From the NCBI GenBank assembly GCA_019057385.1, contig JAHQJS010000006.1, positions 581,038 through 645,037 of the forward strand: DNA of 64,000 bases, read 5' to 3'. The DNA comes from Candidatus Borrarchaeum weybense (GTDB lineage: Archaea > Asgardarchaeota > Sifarchaeia > Borrarchaeales > Borrarchaeaceae). Of the stretch, positions 21,016-30,785 are shown one piece after another. Below the pieces are notes generated by a model. It was given only the letters and a program-made list of their open reading frames with translations, had not been told where the DNA came from and did not search any database. How positions within the stretch are numbered: the first letter of the stretch is position 1; each line of letters opens with the position of its first letter. Position numbers and translations under genes: made by a program.

Positions 21016-22254
21016 TTGAAACCGTTAACAGTGATTCATTTATCATGGGAGTTTCCACCACGTAAGGTTGGTGGTCTTGCTGCGCATGTATCTGACCTCA
21101 GTCAAGCTTTGACAAAGTTAGGTCACAATATATACGTTATAACTACCGACTTTCCAGGTACAAAAGAGACTGAAGTCGTTGGTGGCGTGAACGTTCACAG
21201 GTATGATTCATATTCATTCCCTGGACCTGACTTCATTACATGGGCTATCTTAATGCAACAGACAATGCAGGAAAAAGCAGCTGAAGTCATTACTGAATTA
21301 CATGCTTCAGGACAGCAAGTTGATCTTATTCACGCTCATGACTGGCTCTCCGGCCTTGCTGCAATTGAATTGAAGCACGGATTTAGACTCCCACTAGTGA
21401 CGACTATCCACTCCACGGAGCTTGGACGAAGAAATGGACTGCACGATGATGGACAACGAATGATCCATGCAATTGAAAAGCGATTATCCTTCGATAGTTG
21501 GAGAATAATTGCATGTAGCCGTTATATGGCGGATCAAATTAAATATGCATATGCTCTTTCTGAAGATAAGATCGATGTAATCCCAAACGGAGTTTACACC
21601 AAAGAATTCAAAAGCGTAGACACGCAATCTACTGTAGATCTCGATTTTCGAAGAACATATGCAACAGATCAAGAAAAAATCGTTTTGTTTGTCGGAAGGA
21701 TGGTGCCAGAAAAAGGCGTAAACGTTTTAGTCGGAAGCATACCTCAAGTTCTAGCTAGCATGCCCAACGCAAAATTTATTTTCGTTGGAGATGGATACTA
21801 TCGTGCACAATACATGCGCATTGCATATGGTCTTGGTGTCGCTCATAAGTGCTTCTTCACAGGTTTTGTCGAAAAGGATAGTGATGTCCGAAAATTGTTT
21901 ACTCTTGCAGATGCCTGCGTCTTTCCAAGCTTCTACGAACCCTTCGGAATTGTTGCCTTAGAAGCTATGGCTGCAGGTACTCCAGTTATAGTTTCAGATA
22001 TTGGCGGTCTCTCTGAAATCATTGATCATGGTCATACTGGATTGAAAGTTCCTGTCAATAATTCTAGTGCTTTAGCGAGAGCAATTATCTCTCTATTAAG
22101 TGATTCTGGATTAGCGAGTTCGTTACGCAAAAATGCACTTGAGACAGTACAGAAATTATATCATTGGCAGAGAATTGCAAAACATACTACTCGGGTATAC
22201 CAACGCGTTGTTAGTGAATACCAAAAAAATCCGTGGAAACCTAAAGCATTTTAA
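21016..22254 (+). CDS. GT4 glycosyltransferase (archaeal glycogen-synthase-like)
   Basis: SWEFPPRKVGGL, HAHDWL, VGRMVPEKG and PSFYEPFGIVALEAM. Confidence 0.9.
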   Translation: MKPLTVIHLSWEFPPRKVGGLAAHVSDLSQALTKLGHNIYVITTDFPGTKETEVVGGVNVHRYDSYSFPGPDFITWAILMQQTMQEKAAEVITELHASGQQVDLIHAHDWLSGLAAIELKHGFRLPLVTTIHSTELGRRNGLHDDGQRMIHAIEKRLSFDSWRIIACSRYMADQIKYAYALSEDKIDVIPNGVYTKEFKSVDTQSTVDLDFRRTYATDQEKIVLFVGRMVPEKGVNVLVGSIPQVLASMPNAKFIFVGDGYYRAQYMRIAYGLGVAHKCFFTGFVEKDSDVRKLFTLADACVFPSFYEPFGIVALEAMAAGTPVIVSDIGGLSEIIDHGHTGLKVPVNNSSALARAIISLLSDSGLASSLRKNALETVQKLYHWQRIAKHTTRVYQRVVSEYQKNPWKPKAF

Positions 22255-22290
22255 TTATTCAAAAAAACAGTTGCCTACCCTTTAATGCTT

Positions 22291-23553
22291 TTATTTAACG
22301 TAATTTTGCAGAACATTTTCGTATATGGGTATAGTTCTTTCTATACATTTATCCCATGTGAATTCTGCCAGTACCCGTTTTCGTGCATTTTCTCCTAAGA
22401 TTTTCGTATGATCAGGGTCTCTTAGGATATTTTTAATCCCCCAGGCAACATCTTTGGGATCATAAGGATTCACATGATACCCACAATGTCCTTCACCACT
22501 AGACACTATCTGCTCTCTTAATCCACTTATACCTTGAGCTCCAACAACAACAGGTGTGCTGCAGGCCATAGCTTCAGTACATGCTCTTCCAAACGGTTTC
22601 CATGTGGATGGGAAGACGGCAACATCTGCAGCCACATAGTGGGCAATTTTCTCTATTTCCGTAACGTATTCTGTTCTCACTATAACGTTTCCTCGTAGTT
22701 CTGATTCAATTTTCCCTTTTAATTCTGTAGGCAAAACATTTTCGCTGAGAAGTACTAATTTCGAGCGTGGAAATTCGTTAATTACGTCTGGCATAGCTTT
22801 AATGAGCGCCTCAATATTCTCAGAAGGAGAAAAGTCGCCAATGTATAAAATCATGGGGTCGCCTTCATTGATTCCATATCTTTCACGAAGTTCCAGAATT
22901 AGTGCCTCATCGCTATTTGAGGGTGCATAAGTCTGTGCGTCAACCCCATCCCAACAAACGAAAATTTTTTTTCTTTCTTCTTCTTTTAACCCCATCCTTA
23001 GCAACTCTTCTTGAACAGCATAAGATGGAACAATTATGGCATCCGAAACTTCTAATCCTCGTCTCTCGATGGATTCAATAGTGATACTTCCACGTCCCGT
23101 ACCGCGTATTCTTTCTGTAGAATGTACATGAAAAATTAGAGGAATGTCTAATTGTCTTTTTACTGCAATTCCAGCAAGAATTGCATCACTGTTATGGGCA
23201 GAAATAATGTCAAATTCTCTTTTTTCTTCAAAAACAAGCTGATTAATCAATTGACCTGAAGCTAATATGTTATATGATACCATGTCTGAAAAAACATGAA
23301 GATCATAGTTTGATCGCATAAGATCGGAACTCACAAACATCGGTATCATGTCACGAATATCTATAAGCTCAGGGCGACGTACTTCTATTCCTTTCCACAT
23401 TTCAGTGCTTAAAAAAGAGCCAGCTGGATTTGTTGTAAATACTGTGACCTCATGACCTACCTCTAGGAGTTTTCTACTCATTTCTCTTGCATAAACACCT
23501 AAAGACCGCTCCCTTAGTGGAGGGAACTCACTGCAGAAACAAGCAATTTTCAT
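22291..23553 (-). CDS. GT4 glycosyltransferase paralog with altered catalytic motifs
   Basis: SEFPP, HVHSTE and PSTWKPFGRACTEAM. Confidence 0.85.
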   Translation of the reverse strand: MKIACFCSEFPPLRERSLGVYAREMSRKLLEVGHEVTVFTTNPAGSFLSTEMWKGIEVRRPELIDIRDMIPMFVSSDLMRSNYDLHVFSDMVSYNILASGQLINQLVFEEKREFDIISAHNSDAILAGIAVKRQLDIPLIFHVHSTERIRGTGRGSITIESIERRGLEVSDAIIVPSYAVQEELLRMGLKEEERKKIFVCWDGVDAQTYAPSNSDEALILELRERYGINEGDPMILYIGDFSPSENIEALIKAMPDVINEFPRSKLVLLSENVLPTELKGKIESELRGNVIVRTEYVTEIEKIAHYVAADVAVFPSTWKPFGRACTEAMACSTPVVVGAQGISGLREQIVSSGEGHCGYHVNPYDPKDVAWGIKNILRDPDHTKILGENARKRVLAEFTWDKCIERTIPIYENVLQNYVK

Positions 23554-23794
23554 TTTTCATCTCACCTAATTCAGATATTAAGAGGACACAATTATGTTGC
23601 TAAGGAGTCTCTAATATCGTATAGAGTGGGTTCTTAAGGTTTTTGGTGACATGTTTTTCTGTTTAAAAGTACAGAAAATTGTATAAGATCGCAATCTTTA
23701 AAAGATTCAGTACGAAATGGAAAATGACTTTTAAATTCCCAAAGATGCTTCGCTTTACATGGCACAGGGTTTTTTCTAATTTGGAGGTTTTATA

Positions 23795-25081
23795 ATATCA
23801 GCTTTAACAGTTAGATTTCTCGGCGGTTGTCGAACGATAGGCGGTTCAGGTGTACTAGTCGAGAACGATGATAATAGAGGCGCTCTTTTCGATTACGGTG
23901 TATACCTCTTTCAGAATGGTAGACGACGTCCCAGTTTTCCAGAACATGTATCACCAAAAAGTCTTGATGCAGTTCTTCTGTCGCATGCGCATATCGATCA
24001 TTCTGGTGGTCTCCCTATCTTTTATTCAACAGGAGCACCACCCTTATTTGCCACAAGTGCGACTCTAGCGTTAACAGAACTTTTAATTCAAGATATGCTT
24101 CGTATCTCAGGAAAATATATCCCCTTTGAAGCTCAAGAACTTGGTCGTATGATGCATTATGCAACTCCACTCGACTACGATAAATGGATGCAGGCTAATT
24201 CATTTCGTTTCAAGCTATTTAACGCAGGGCATATACCTGGCAGTTCTCTTATTCTTTTAGAATGCAATGGCAAACGAATTCTGTATACAGGCGACTTCAA
24301 CGATTTAGATACCGCACTTTTAACCGGTGCATCTCTCTTAGAGGAAGAACTTGACGCAGTAATCATCGAAAGTACTTATTCACAAAAACTTCGCTCTGAT
24401 CGACAGAAAATAGAACTGGAGTTAATTAAGGCGACAGAAAATATTTTAGAAGAGAACGGAACGATTTGTATTCCTGCTTTTTCTGTAGGGCGTAGTCAAG
24501 AGATCATGTGTATTCTTACAAAATATGCAGTTGATGCATTCTGCATTGTTGATGGGATGGCCCGAGCCGTAAATCAAATTATCACGGCAAACCCAGAATC
24601 CATTAGAGACTATAATCTTTTCCTAGATGCATTAAAAAAGATTCATAGCGTCAGAAACAAAAAAGATCGAGATCGTGCGCTTTCTAAGGACTTACCAAGT
24701 GTAATTATCGCACCAGCTGGAATGTTAACGGGTGGTTCAGTAAAATATTACATCAAAAAACTCTATGATGATCCCAGAAATGGATTGTTTTTCGTTTCCT
24801 TTCAGGTTGAAGGGACACCCGGTTACAAGATACTAAAAACAGGACAATTTCAATATAAGAAGAAATTTGTTGACATTGAAGCACAAATTAAGCATTTCGA
24901 GCTTTCTTCACATGCCGATCGAACTGGTCTTCTTGAATTACTGAAAAACATTCAAGGGACACCAAAAGTCTTTTGTATGCATGGCGATAATGATTCCTGC
25001 ACGATTTTTGCTCAAGAAACTATTGAGAATTTAGGCCTGGATGCGGTTGCACCCAGCGTCGGTGATACCTTCAAAATATAG
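23795..25081 (+). CDS. MBL-fold beta-CASP ribonuclease (aCPSF-like); extends ~100 codons upstream of the ORF track
   Basis: The in-frame upstream part encodes FLGGCRTIGGS, FDYG and SHAHIDHSG; downstream AGHIPGS, TGD, ESTY, SSHAD and HGD; only ATA codons follow SD GGAGG (23783). Confidence 0.9.
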   Translation: MSALTVRFLGGCRTIGGSGVLVENDDNRGALFDYGVYLFQNGRRRPSFPEHVSPKSLDAVLLSHAHIDHSGGLPIFYSTGAPPLFATSATLALTELLIQDMLRISGKYIPFEAQELGRMMHYATPLDYDKWMQANSFRFKLFNAGHIPGSSLILLECNGKRILYTGDFNDLDTALLTGASLLEEELDAVIIESTYSQKLRSDRQKIELELIKATENILEENGTICIPAFSVGRSQEIMCILTKYAVDAFCIVDGMARAVNQIITANPESIRDYNLFLDALKKIHSVRNKKDRDRALSKDLPSVIIAPAGMLTGGSVKYYIKKLYDDPRNGLFFVSFQVEGTPGYKILKTGQFQYKKKFVDIEAQIKHFELSSHADRTGLLELLKNIQGTPKVFCMHGDNDSCTIFAQETIENLGLDAVAPSVGDTFKI

Positions 25082-25108
25082 TTCAAAATGGGATAGTTTA
25101 AACTGAAT

Positions 25109-25312
25109 TCAATATTTTTCTCCCGAAAAAGCTATACCGATAAGAGAAATTAAGGCGAGTGCTATACCCATTTGCCAATGATGAATATGAACTCCTGAAA
25201 TGACGAGTGAATATTGGGGATCAAGAACTATCCATTGCAAGAAATATCCTTCGATAAACGCCAGTAATCCAATTATAAACAAAATAATAAAGAAAGCTCG
25301 AAGTTTTCTCAT
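25109..25312 (-). CDS. Small 2-TM membrane protein
   Basis: Two hydrophobic helices flanking GVHIHHWQMG. Confidence 0.6.
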   Translation of the reverse strand: MRKLRAFFIILFIIGLLAFIEGYFLQWIVLDPQYSLVISGVHIHHWQMGIALALISLIGIAFSGEKY

Positions 25313-25519
25313 TTCTTATTCCATCCATTTCCCAAAATGAATTAATTGTAACATAACAGAATGAAGGCAAAATTTTTTGAGTTGCTTATTCACTAAGCTT
25401 CGTTCTATGGGATGATATTGCCACCAAAGTATATTAAGCCTTCTTTCTACAAAATGAAAAAATAAAAAGAAAAAATCCTACTCAATGTGAGTATTCAAAC
25501 AGGATAAGGAAGAATCAAT

Positions 25520-26413
25520 ATGCAAAGAGACAAAGAAGAGTTTAAAAGATGGATTACTGAAGAAATTAAAAGATTTGTAAGGGAAGACCCTGATAATCGA
25601 TTAAATCTTTTAGATGGCTCTTATATCTTTGAAGAACCCTTAATTGGTTTTGTGGCTGGCGATGATCCTATCTTCTATAAATTGAAAGAAGTCATAGGCG
25701 AATTTCATCTTACACCAAAAGAGGCCGTGACAAAAATTGCGGAGAATAAAGGCATTTCAGTTCCTTCTGAAAAAGAAATTGGAGTTATTTCTTATATTCT
25801 TCCGATTTCTAAGAAAACACGAGAAGAAAACGCTAAAATGAAATCAATGCCTGGTGAAAGATGGGCTCATACTCGTTTATTTGGTGAACAATTTAACAAG
25901 AAACTTCAAAGACATTTAGTGGCGTTCTTAGAAGAAGAGGGGTATTTTGCTATTGCTCCCCAACAAGTAGGAGACCTTTTTGAAACAAAAAGAGATGACA
26001 AAGTCGGTTATGCTTCTACATGGTCTCAACGTCATGTAACTTTCGCTGCAGACTTAGGTACCTTCGGTCTTTCAGATGGTTTGATCACGAAAGCTGGCAA
26101 GGCCCATAGATGTGGTAGCGTTGTTGTTAATCAACCATTGGATTCTCCGCAGAGACGCGAAATTAATGAAACCAATTTACATTGGGACTGTTTGTATTAC
26201 CAAAATGAAGGATGCATTGAATGTGTCATGCGATGTCCCGTTGGTGCAATTTCTGAAGAATTTGGACACGACAAAGATTTATGTTTTGAGCATGCTGTAA
26301 AGAAATCTGCTGAATTTGTTAAAGAGAACTACAAGATCGATATTTATGGATGTGGGCTGTGCCAAACAGATGTCCCATGTGAGGAAGAGAGTCCAGTAAA
26401 AGAAGAAGAATAG
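25520..26413 (+). CDS. Epoxyqueuosine-reductase-like (QueG/RdhA superfamily) Fe-S protein
   Basis: WSQRH..AADLGTFGLS, CIECVMRCPVGAI and CGLCQTDVPC. Confidence 0.8.
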   Translation: MQRDKEEFKRWITEEIKRFVREDPDNRLNLLDGSYIFEEPLIGFVAGDDPIFYKLKEVIGEFHLTPKEAVTKIAENKGISVPSEKEIGVISYILPISKKTREENAKMKSMPGERWAHTRLFGEQFNKKLQRHLVAFLEEEGYFAIAPQQVGDLFETKRDDKVGYASTWSQRHVTFAADLGTFGLSDGLITKAGKAHRCGSVVVNQPLDSPQRREINETNLHWDCLYYQNEGCIECVMRCPVGAISEEFGHDKDLCFEHAVKKSAEFVKENYKIDIYGCGLCQTDVPCEEESPVKEEE

Positions 26414-26545
26414 TCGAGACACGCTATTCCTTTTCAATCTGCAAAGTTTTTCTTCATTTTTAAGTAAGTTATTTTTATAAATGATTATAATAGTGAATTT
26501 CATTCATTCATTTTGAAATATTTAAACTATAATTGAGGCGATAAA

Positions 26546-27352
26546 ATGTCTGAACGTATTAAAGATTGGCGAATTAAGAACTGGGTTTTTGATGCCAGCA
26601 AACCTTTCGATTTAACAGGTAAAGCCATAATTGTTACTGGCGCAGGTTCTGGCATTGGACGAGCTATCACTCTTGGCATTGATGCAATGGGTGGTAATGT
26701 CGTCTTAGCAGATATTGTCGAAGAAGGCATGGACGAAGTCGCAAAAGAACTCAAGAATGACTATTTGACACTTAAAGTCGATGTAACTAGTGAGGCCGAT
26801 GTAAAAAATATGGTCGAACAAACTTTATCAACTTTTAATAAGATAGATGGTTGTTTTAACGCACCTGCAATTAATTTTAGACTTCCTTTCCTTGAACTCA
26901 GTGCGGATCAATGGACGAAAGTATGGAACGTTAACATTGGAGGAGTTTGCCTGTGTGCTAGAGAAGTTGGAAAAGTTATGGTAAAACAGAAGTACGGAAG
27001 CATGGTCAACATTGCTTCATTCAGAGGATTAGTAGGCGCTAAGGAAGGGCGGCAATCTATTTATTCTGCGAGCAAGGGAGCTGTTGTAATACTCACAAAA
27101 TGCTTAGCCGCCGAATGGGGCGAGTTTAACGTAAGAGTTAATGCTATAGCTCCTGGCATGACTAAGACACCGCTCGTAACGCAGATTCTTAAAGATGACG
27201 ATTGGTATAACGAACTGGCTTCTATGCACGTATTAAATCGATTTGCTGAGCCAGAGGAGATGGTCGGTGCGGCAATCTTTCTAGTTAGTGATGCATCTAC
27301 TTTTATAACCGGTACAACCCTCCTTGTGGATGGCGGACTCACAGCCGTGTAA
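26546..27352 (+). CDS. SDR-family oxidoreductase
   Basis: TGAGSGIG, YSASK, NAIAPG and VDGG. Confidence 0.95.
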   Translation: MSERIKDWRIKNWVFDASKPFDLTGKAIIVTGAGSGIGRAITLGIDAMGGNVVLADIVEEGMDEVAKELKNDYLTLKVDVTSEADVKNMVEQTLSTFNKIDGCFNAPAINFRLPFLELSADQWTKVWNVNIGGVCLCAREVGKVMVKQKYGSMVNIASFRGLVGAKEGRQSIYSASKGAVVILTKCLAAEWGEFNVRVNAIAPGMTKTPLVTQILKDDDWYNELASMHVLNRFAEPEEMVGAAIFLVSDASTFITGTTLLVDGGLTAV

Positions 27353-27556
27353 GTCAGTAGTTATACAATCACTTTTTCATTTTTTTATCTCTTTTTTTCC
27401 TATTTTCTTCTAAAGTCTTTATTCATTATCACAAAACTTGTTATGTGTGTCTATACTCAACTTATGGTCAAGATTTGTTGATCATTACATTCTTAAACAA
27501 CAGAACACCACTTATCGTCACATTTCTATTCAAACTATTATTGGAGCGATTAAAAC

Positions 27557-29290
27557 ATGGTTATGATATCAGGAGCTAAAGTATTAGCTGAATCTTTGCG
27601 CCGAGAAGACGTAAAACATCTTTTCGGAATAACGGGTGGAGCTATAATGAATCTACTCCACAAACTATGGGAATACGGCGAAGCTGAAGAAATGCGGATA
27701 ATAACCTGCAGACATGAGCAATGTGCTGCTCATGCAGCAGAAGGTTATGCAGTTGCCAGCGGTGATGTCGGAGTATGCTTCGCCACATCAGGTCCAGGTG
27801 CTACTAATTTAGTAACGGGCATCGCTGATGCATTTCTTGACTCACGGCCTATCGTTGCGATTACTGGTCAAGTACCTACCAACTTGGTTGGCAACGATGC
27901 CTTTCAAGAAGCCGATATTATTGGCTCAACTATGCCAATTACTAAAGCTAATTTTCAATTTCATAGAGTCAAAGATATTCCACTGCTTACTAAGATGGCC
28001 TTCAAAATAGCGAAAACAGGACGTCCAGGACCAGTTCTCTTGGACTTTCCTAAAAATATCCAAATCGGTGAAGAACATGTTGAATTTCCTGAAGGTGAGA
28101 TTGAAATTCCTGGCTACAATCCTACCTTAAAAGGGCATCCACGTCAAATCAAACGGATTGCAAAGGTTTTGAAAAAAGCCGAGCGCCCTATTATAATAGC
28201 TGGAGGTGGAACTATCTCAGCTATGGCAGGTAATGAAGTCTTAGAATTGGCAGAAATGTTAGGAATTCCTATCATAAATACGTTAATGGGAAAGGGAATC
28301 ATTCCAGAGACGCATCCTTTGTCATTAGGGATGGCTGGGATGCATGGACACATGTGCGCAAATAGTGTTATCAATCAGGCTGATCTACTCTTTGCCGTAG
28401 GTATGCGTTTTTCTGATCGAATAACAGGGAAACTCGAACATTTTGCACGAGAGGCAACGATAATCCATTTAGATATTGATTCGGCAGAAATTGGAAAAAA
28501 CGTTGGAGTACATTATCCTATCGTTGGAGATGCAAGAATTGTGCTCCGTCAAATCGTTGAAGAATTAAAGAAACTGGAAGTAACTAAACCGAATGGCTGG
28601 ATGCAGAAAATAAAACAACTCAAAGACAGATGTCAGTGCAACATACCACTAACTGACATTCAGCCTATCAAGCCGCAACAAGTTATGAGGCTCTTAAGGG
28701 AACATATCGATAGCAAAACGATTGTGACAACGGGTGTTGGACGAAACCAAATGTGGGCTGCACATTATTTACGTGTCGGTCCAAGAAAGTTTATTACGTC
28801 TGGAGGACTTGGAACGATGGGTTTTGGATTTCCTGCGGCTATCGGCGCAAGAGCGGCAAAACCAGATCATTGGGTCGTTGATGTCGATGGTGATGGCTCA
28901 TTCTTAATGACACAGCAAGAACTCGCTACAAGCGTAATAGAAGACATCCCTGTCACAGTAATAATTTTAAATGACCAAGTACTGGGCATGGTGAGACAGT
29001 GGCAGAATTTATTCTTCGAAGAACGTTATGCTGTAACAGATCTCGGGCCGAAAGGATTTAAGAAAAGAGTTCCTGATTTTGCAAAACTGGCAGAAGCATT
29101 CGGAGCAAACGGGATTTTAGTAGAGCGTGTTTCAGAAATAGGACCTGCGATTAAAGAGGCCAAAGAGTCTGATGTAACAACAGTGATTGATGTACAAATT
29201 GATCGAAATGAGAACATTTATCCGCATCTGCCATCAGGTGCAAAATTAGAAGAAATAATACCATGTCCATCTTGGACGGAGGCGGAATGA
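27557..29290 (+). CDS. ilvB: Acetolactate synthase large subunit (copy 1)
   Basis: RHEQ, TSGPGATN, AFQEAD, SGGLGTMGFG and GDGSF..LGMVRQWQ. Confidence 0.95.
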   Translation: MVMISGAKVLAESLRREDVKHLFGITGGAIMNLLHKLWEYGEAEEMRIITCRHEQCAAHAAEGYAVASGDVGVCFATSGPGATNLVTGIADAFLDSRPIVAITGQVPTNLVGNDAFQEADIIGSTMPITKANFQFHRVKDIPLLTKMAFKIAKTGRPGPVLLDFPKNIQIGEEHVEFPEGEIEIPGYNPTLKGHPRQIKRIAKVLKKAERPIIIAGGGTISAMAGNEVLELAEMLGIPIINTLMGKGIIPETHPLSLGMAGMHGHMCANSVINQADLLFAVGMRFSDRITGKLEHFAREATIIHLDIDSAEIGKNVGVHYPIVGDARIVLRQIVEELKKLEVTKPNGWMQKIKQLKDRCQCNIPLTDIQPIKPQQVMRLLREHIDSKTIVTTGVGRNQMWAAHYLRVGPRKFITSGGLGTMGFGFPAAIGARAAKPDHWVVDVDGDGSFLMTQQELATSVIEDIPVTVIILNDQVLGMVRQWQNLFFEERYAVTDLGPKGFKKRVPDFAKLAEAFGANGILVERVSEIGPAIKEAKESDVTTVIDVQIDRNENIYPHLPSGAKLEEIIPCPSWTEAE

Positions 29291-29291
29291 T

Positions 29292-29864
29292 ATGGTACGT
29301 ATAAATTCTGGAAACGGCAAAGAAAACGGAACAGTAGGCTCTCATATTATAACCTTTCTGGTAGAAGACAGACCTGGAGTGTTTGCTAAAGTTACTGGCT
29401 TGATCAGACGTAGAAATTTTAACATTGCGAAGATCACTGTGGGCCCAACACACATTGAGAAAGTTACTCGAATGACTTTTCTTATCAATGCAGATGAAGC
29501 AACCCTTGAACAGGTCGTGAAGCAGTTAAATAAGATGGTTGAAGTCTTACGCATTACTGAGCTTAAACCAAAAGATTGTGTGATCCGCGAGCTCGCTTTA
29601 ATAAAGATCAATACAAGTGATCAACAAGAACGAAATGAAGCTATGCAATTCGTAAATATCTTTAGGGGCAATGTGCTGGATGTAAGCCCCACTTCCTTGA
29701 CGGTTGAGGTTACAGGAGACAGTCAGAAAATCGATGCTTTTTTAGAATTGACCAAGCGATTTGGCATTATTGAAGTCGCACGTACTGGCATTACTGCCTT
29801 ATCTAGGGGTTCTGATCCACGCCCCCGTGGGGTTGATAGCTTGACTTTGCTAGACTACGAATAA
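29292..29864 (+). CDS. ilvN: Acetolactate synthase regulatory subunit (copy 1)
   Basis: EDRPGV..RRRNFNI, RELALIK and EVARTG. Confidence 0.93.
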   Translation: MVRINSGNGKENGTVGSHIITFLVEDRPGVFAKVTGLIRRRNFNIAKITVGPTHIEKVTRMTFLINADEATLEQVVKQLNKMVEVLRITELKPKDCVIRELALIKINTSDQQERNEAMQFVNIFRGNVLDVSPTSLTVEVTGDSQKIDAFLELTKRFGIIEVARTGITALSRGSDPRPRGVDSLTLLDYE

Positions 29865-30025
29865 TACGATCATTATTCAATTTTCTTTTATTTTTGTTAC
29901 TTTTTTTAAAATAAATTATTAAAACAACAAATTAAACAATAAGCTTACCTGAAATAGCCTCTTTTAAACTTGAAGTATAAAGAAAGTAAAAGAGGGAAAT
30001 CCGCAAATAAAAAATTGTCAATTGG

Positions 30026-30274
30026 TTAGCTAAGTAGCAAGAGTAGCTTTTCTGATGTAAGTTCGTCAACCCTGCCAAAAGTTGACAATACACTCTTGAG
30101 CGAATTCACCTTTTCTTCTTCCGTAGAAAAAGAAAAAGTCACTGTAGAGGAGTCTGGATGTGCCGAAAGTTCCATTCTTTCAAGGTTTACATCATTCTGC
30201 TGAAAGACTGATAGCATCTCTTGAAGCGCTGTAAGATCTCTTCTTCGGGTCGTTACATGAAATGTATAATTCAT
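30026..30274 (-). CDS. Stand-alone ACT-domain protein
   Basis: 82-aa beta-alpha-beta pattern (VFQQNDVNL); coupled to the ilvN2 stop. Confidence 0.65.
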   Translation of the reverse strand: MNYTFHVTTRRRDLTALQEMLSVFQQNDVNLERMELSAHPDSSTVTFSFSTEEEKVNSLKSVLSTFGRVDELTSEKLLLLLS

Positions 30275-30774
30275 TAATACTTCACCTCACCCATTCTCTC
30301 TATTGCTAATGCACCAGAGCGTACAAGTTGTGTAACTCCGAAAGTTTCCATTACGTCAATGAAGCTACTGACTTTCTTTGGGCCTCCTGTAACCTCAACT
30401 GCCAATCCATTTTTGACTGCTTCAACAACCTTTGCTCCATAGACATTGACAAAGTTCAATATATCTGCCCTTTCCTCAGGACTCTTGGCTTGTACTTTCA
30501 TTAAGGCGATTTCTCTGAGGAGGGTGGTTTCTTTATCAAGTTCTTCTATCCATTTGACCTCTTGAAGTTTGTCTAATTGCCTTACAACTTGGTTTGCTGT
30601 ATTATCGTCTCCCCAGAACGTGATGGTTATTCTCGTGATGCCTTCAGTTTCTGTCGCTCCTGCGGTGATCGTGTGGATGTTAAAATTCCTTCTACTGATC
30701 AGACTTGAGATTCTTTGCAACACACCTGGTTGATCTAATACCTTTAATGATATCACATGAAGACCATTTGTCAT
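30274..30774 (-). CDS. ilvN: Acetolactate synthase regulatory subunit (copy 2)
   Basis: LDQPGVLQRI..RRNFNI, REIALMKV and LVRSG. Confidence 0.93.
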   Translation of the reverse strand: MTNGLHVISLKVLDQPGVLQRISSLISRRNFNIHTITAGATETEGITRITITFWGDDNTANQVVRQLDKLQEVKWIEELDKETTLLREIALMKVQAKSPEERADILNFVNVYGAKVVEAVKNGLAVEVTGGPKKVSSFIDVMETFGVTQLVRSGALAIERMGEVKY

Positions 30775-30785
30775 TTACATCACCT

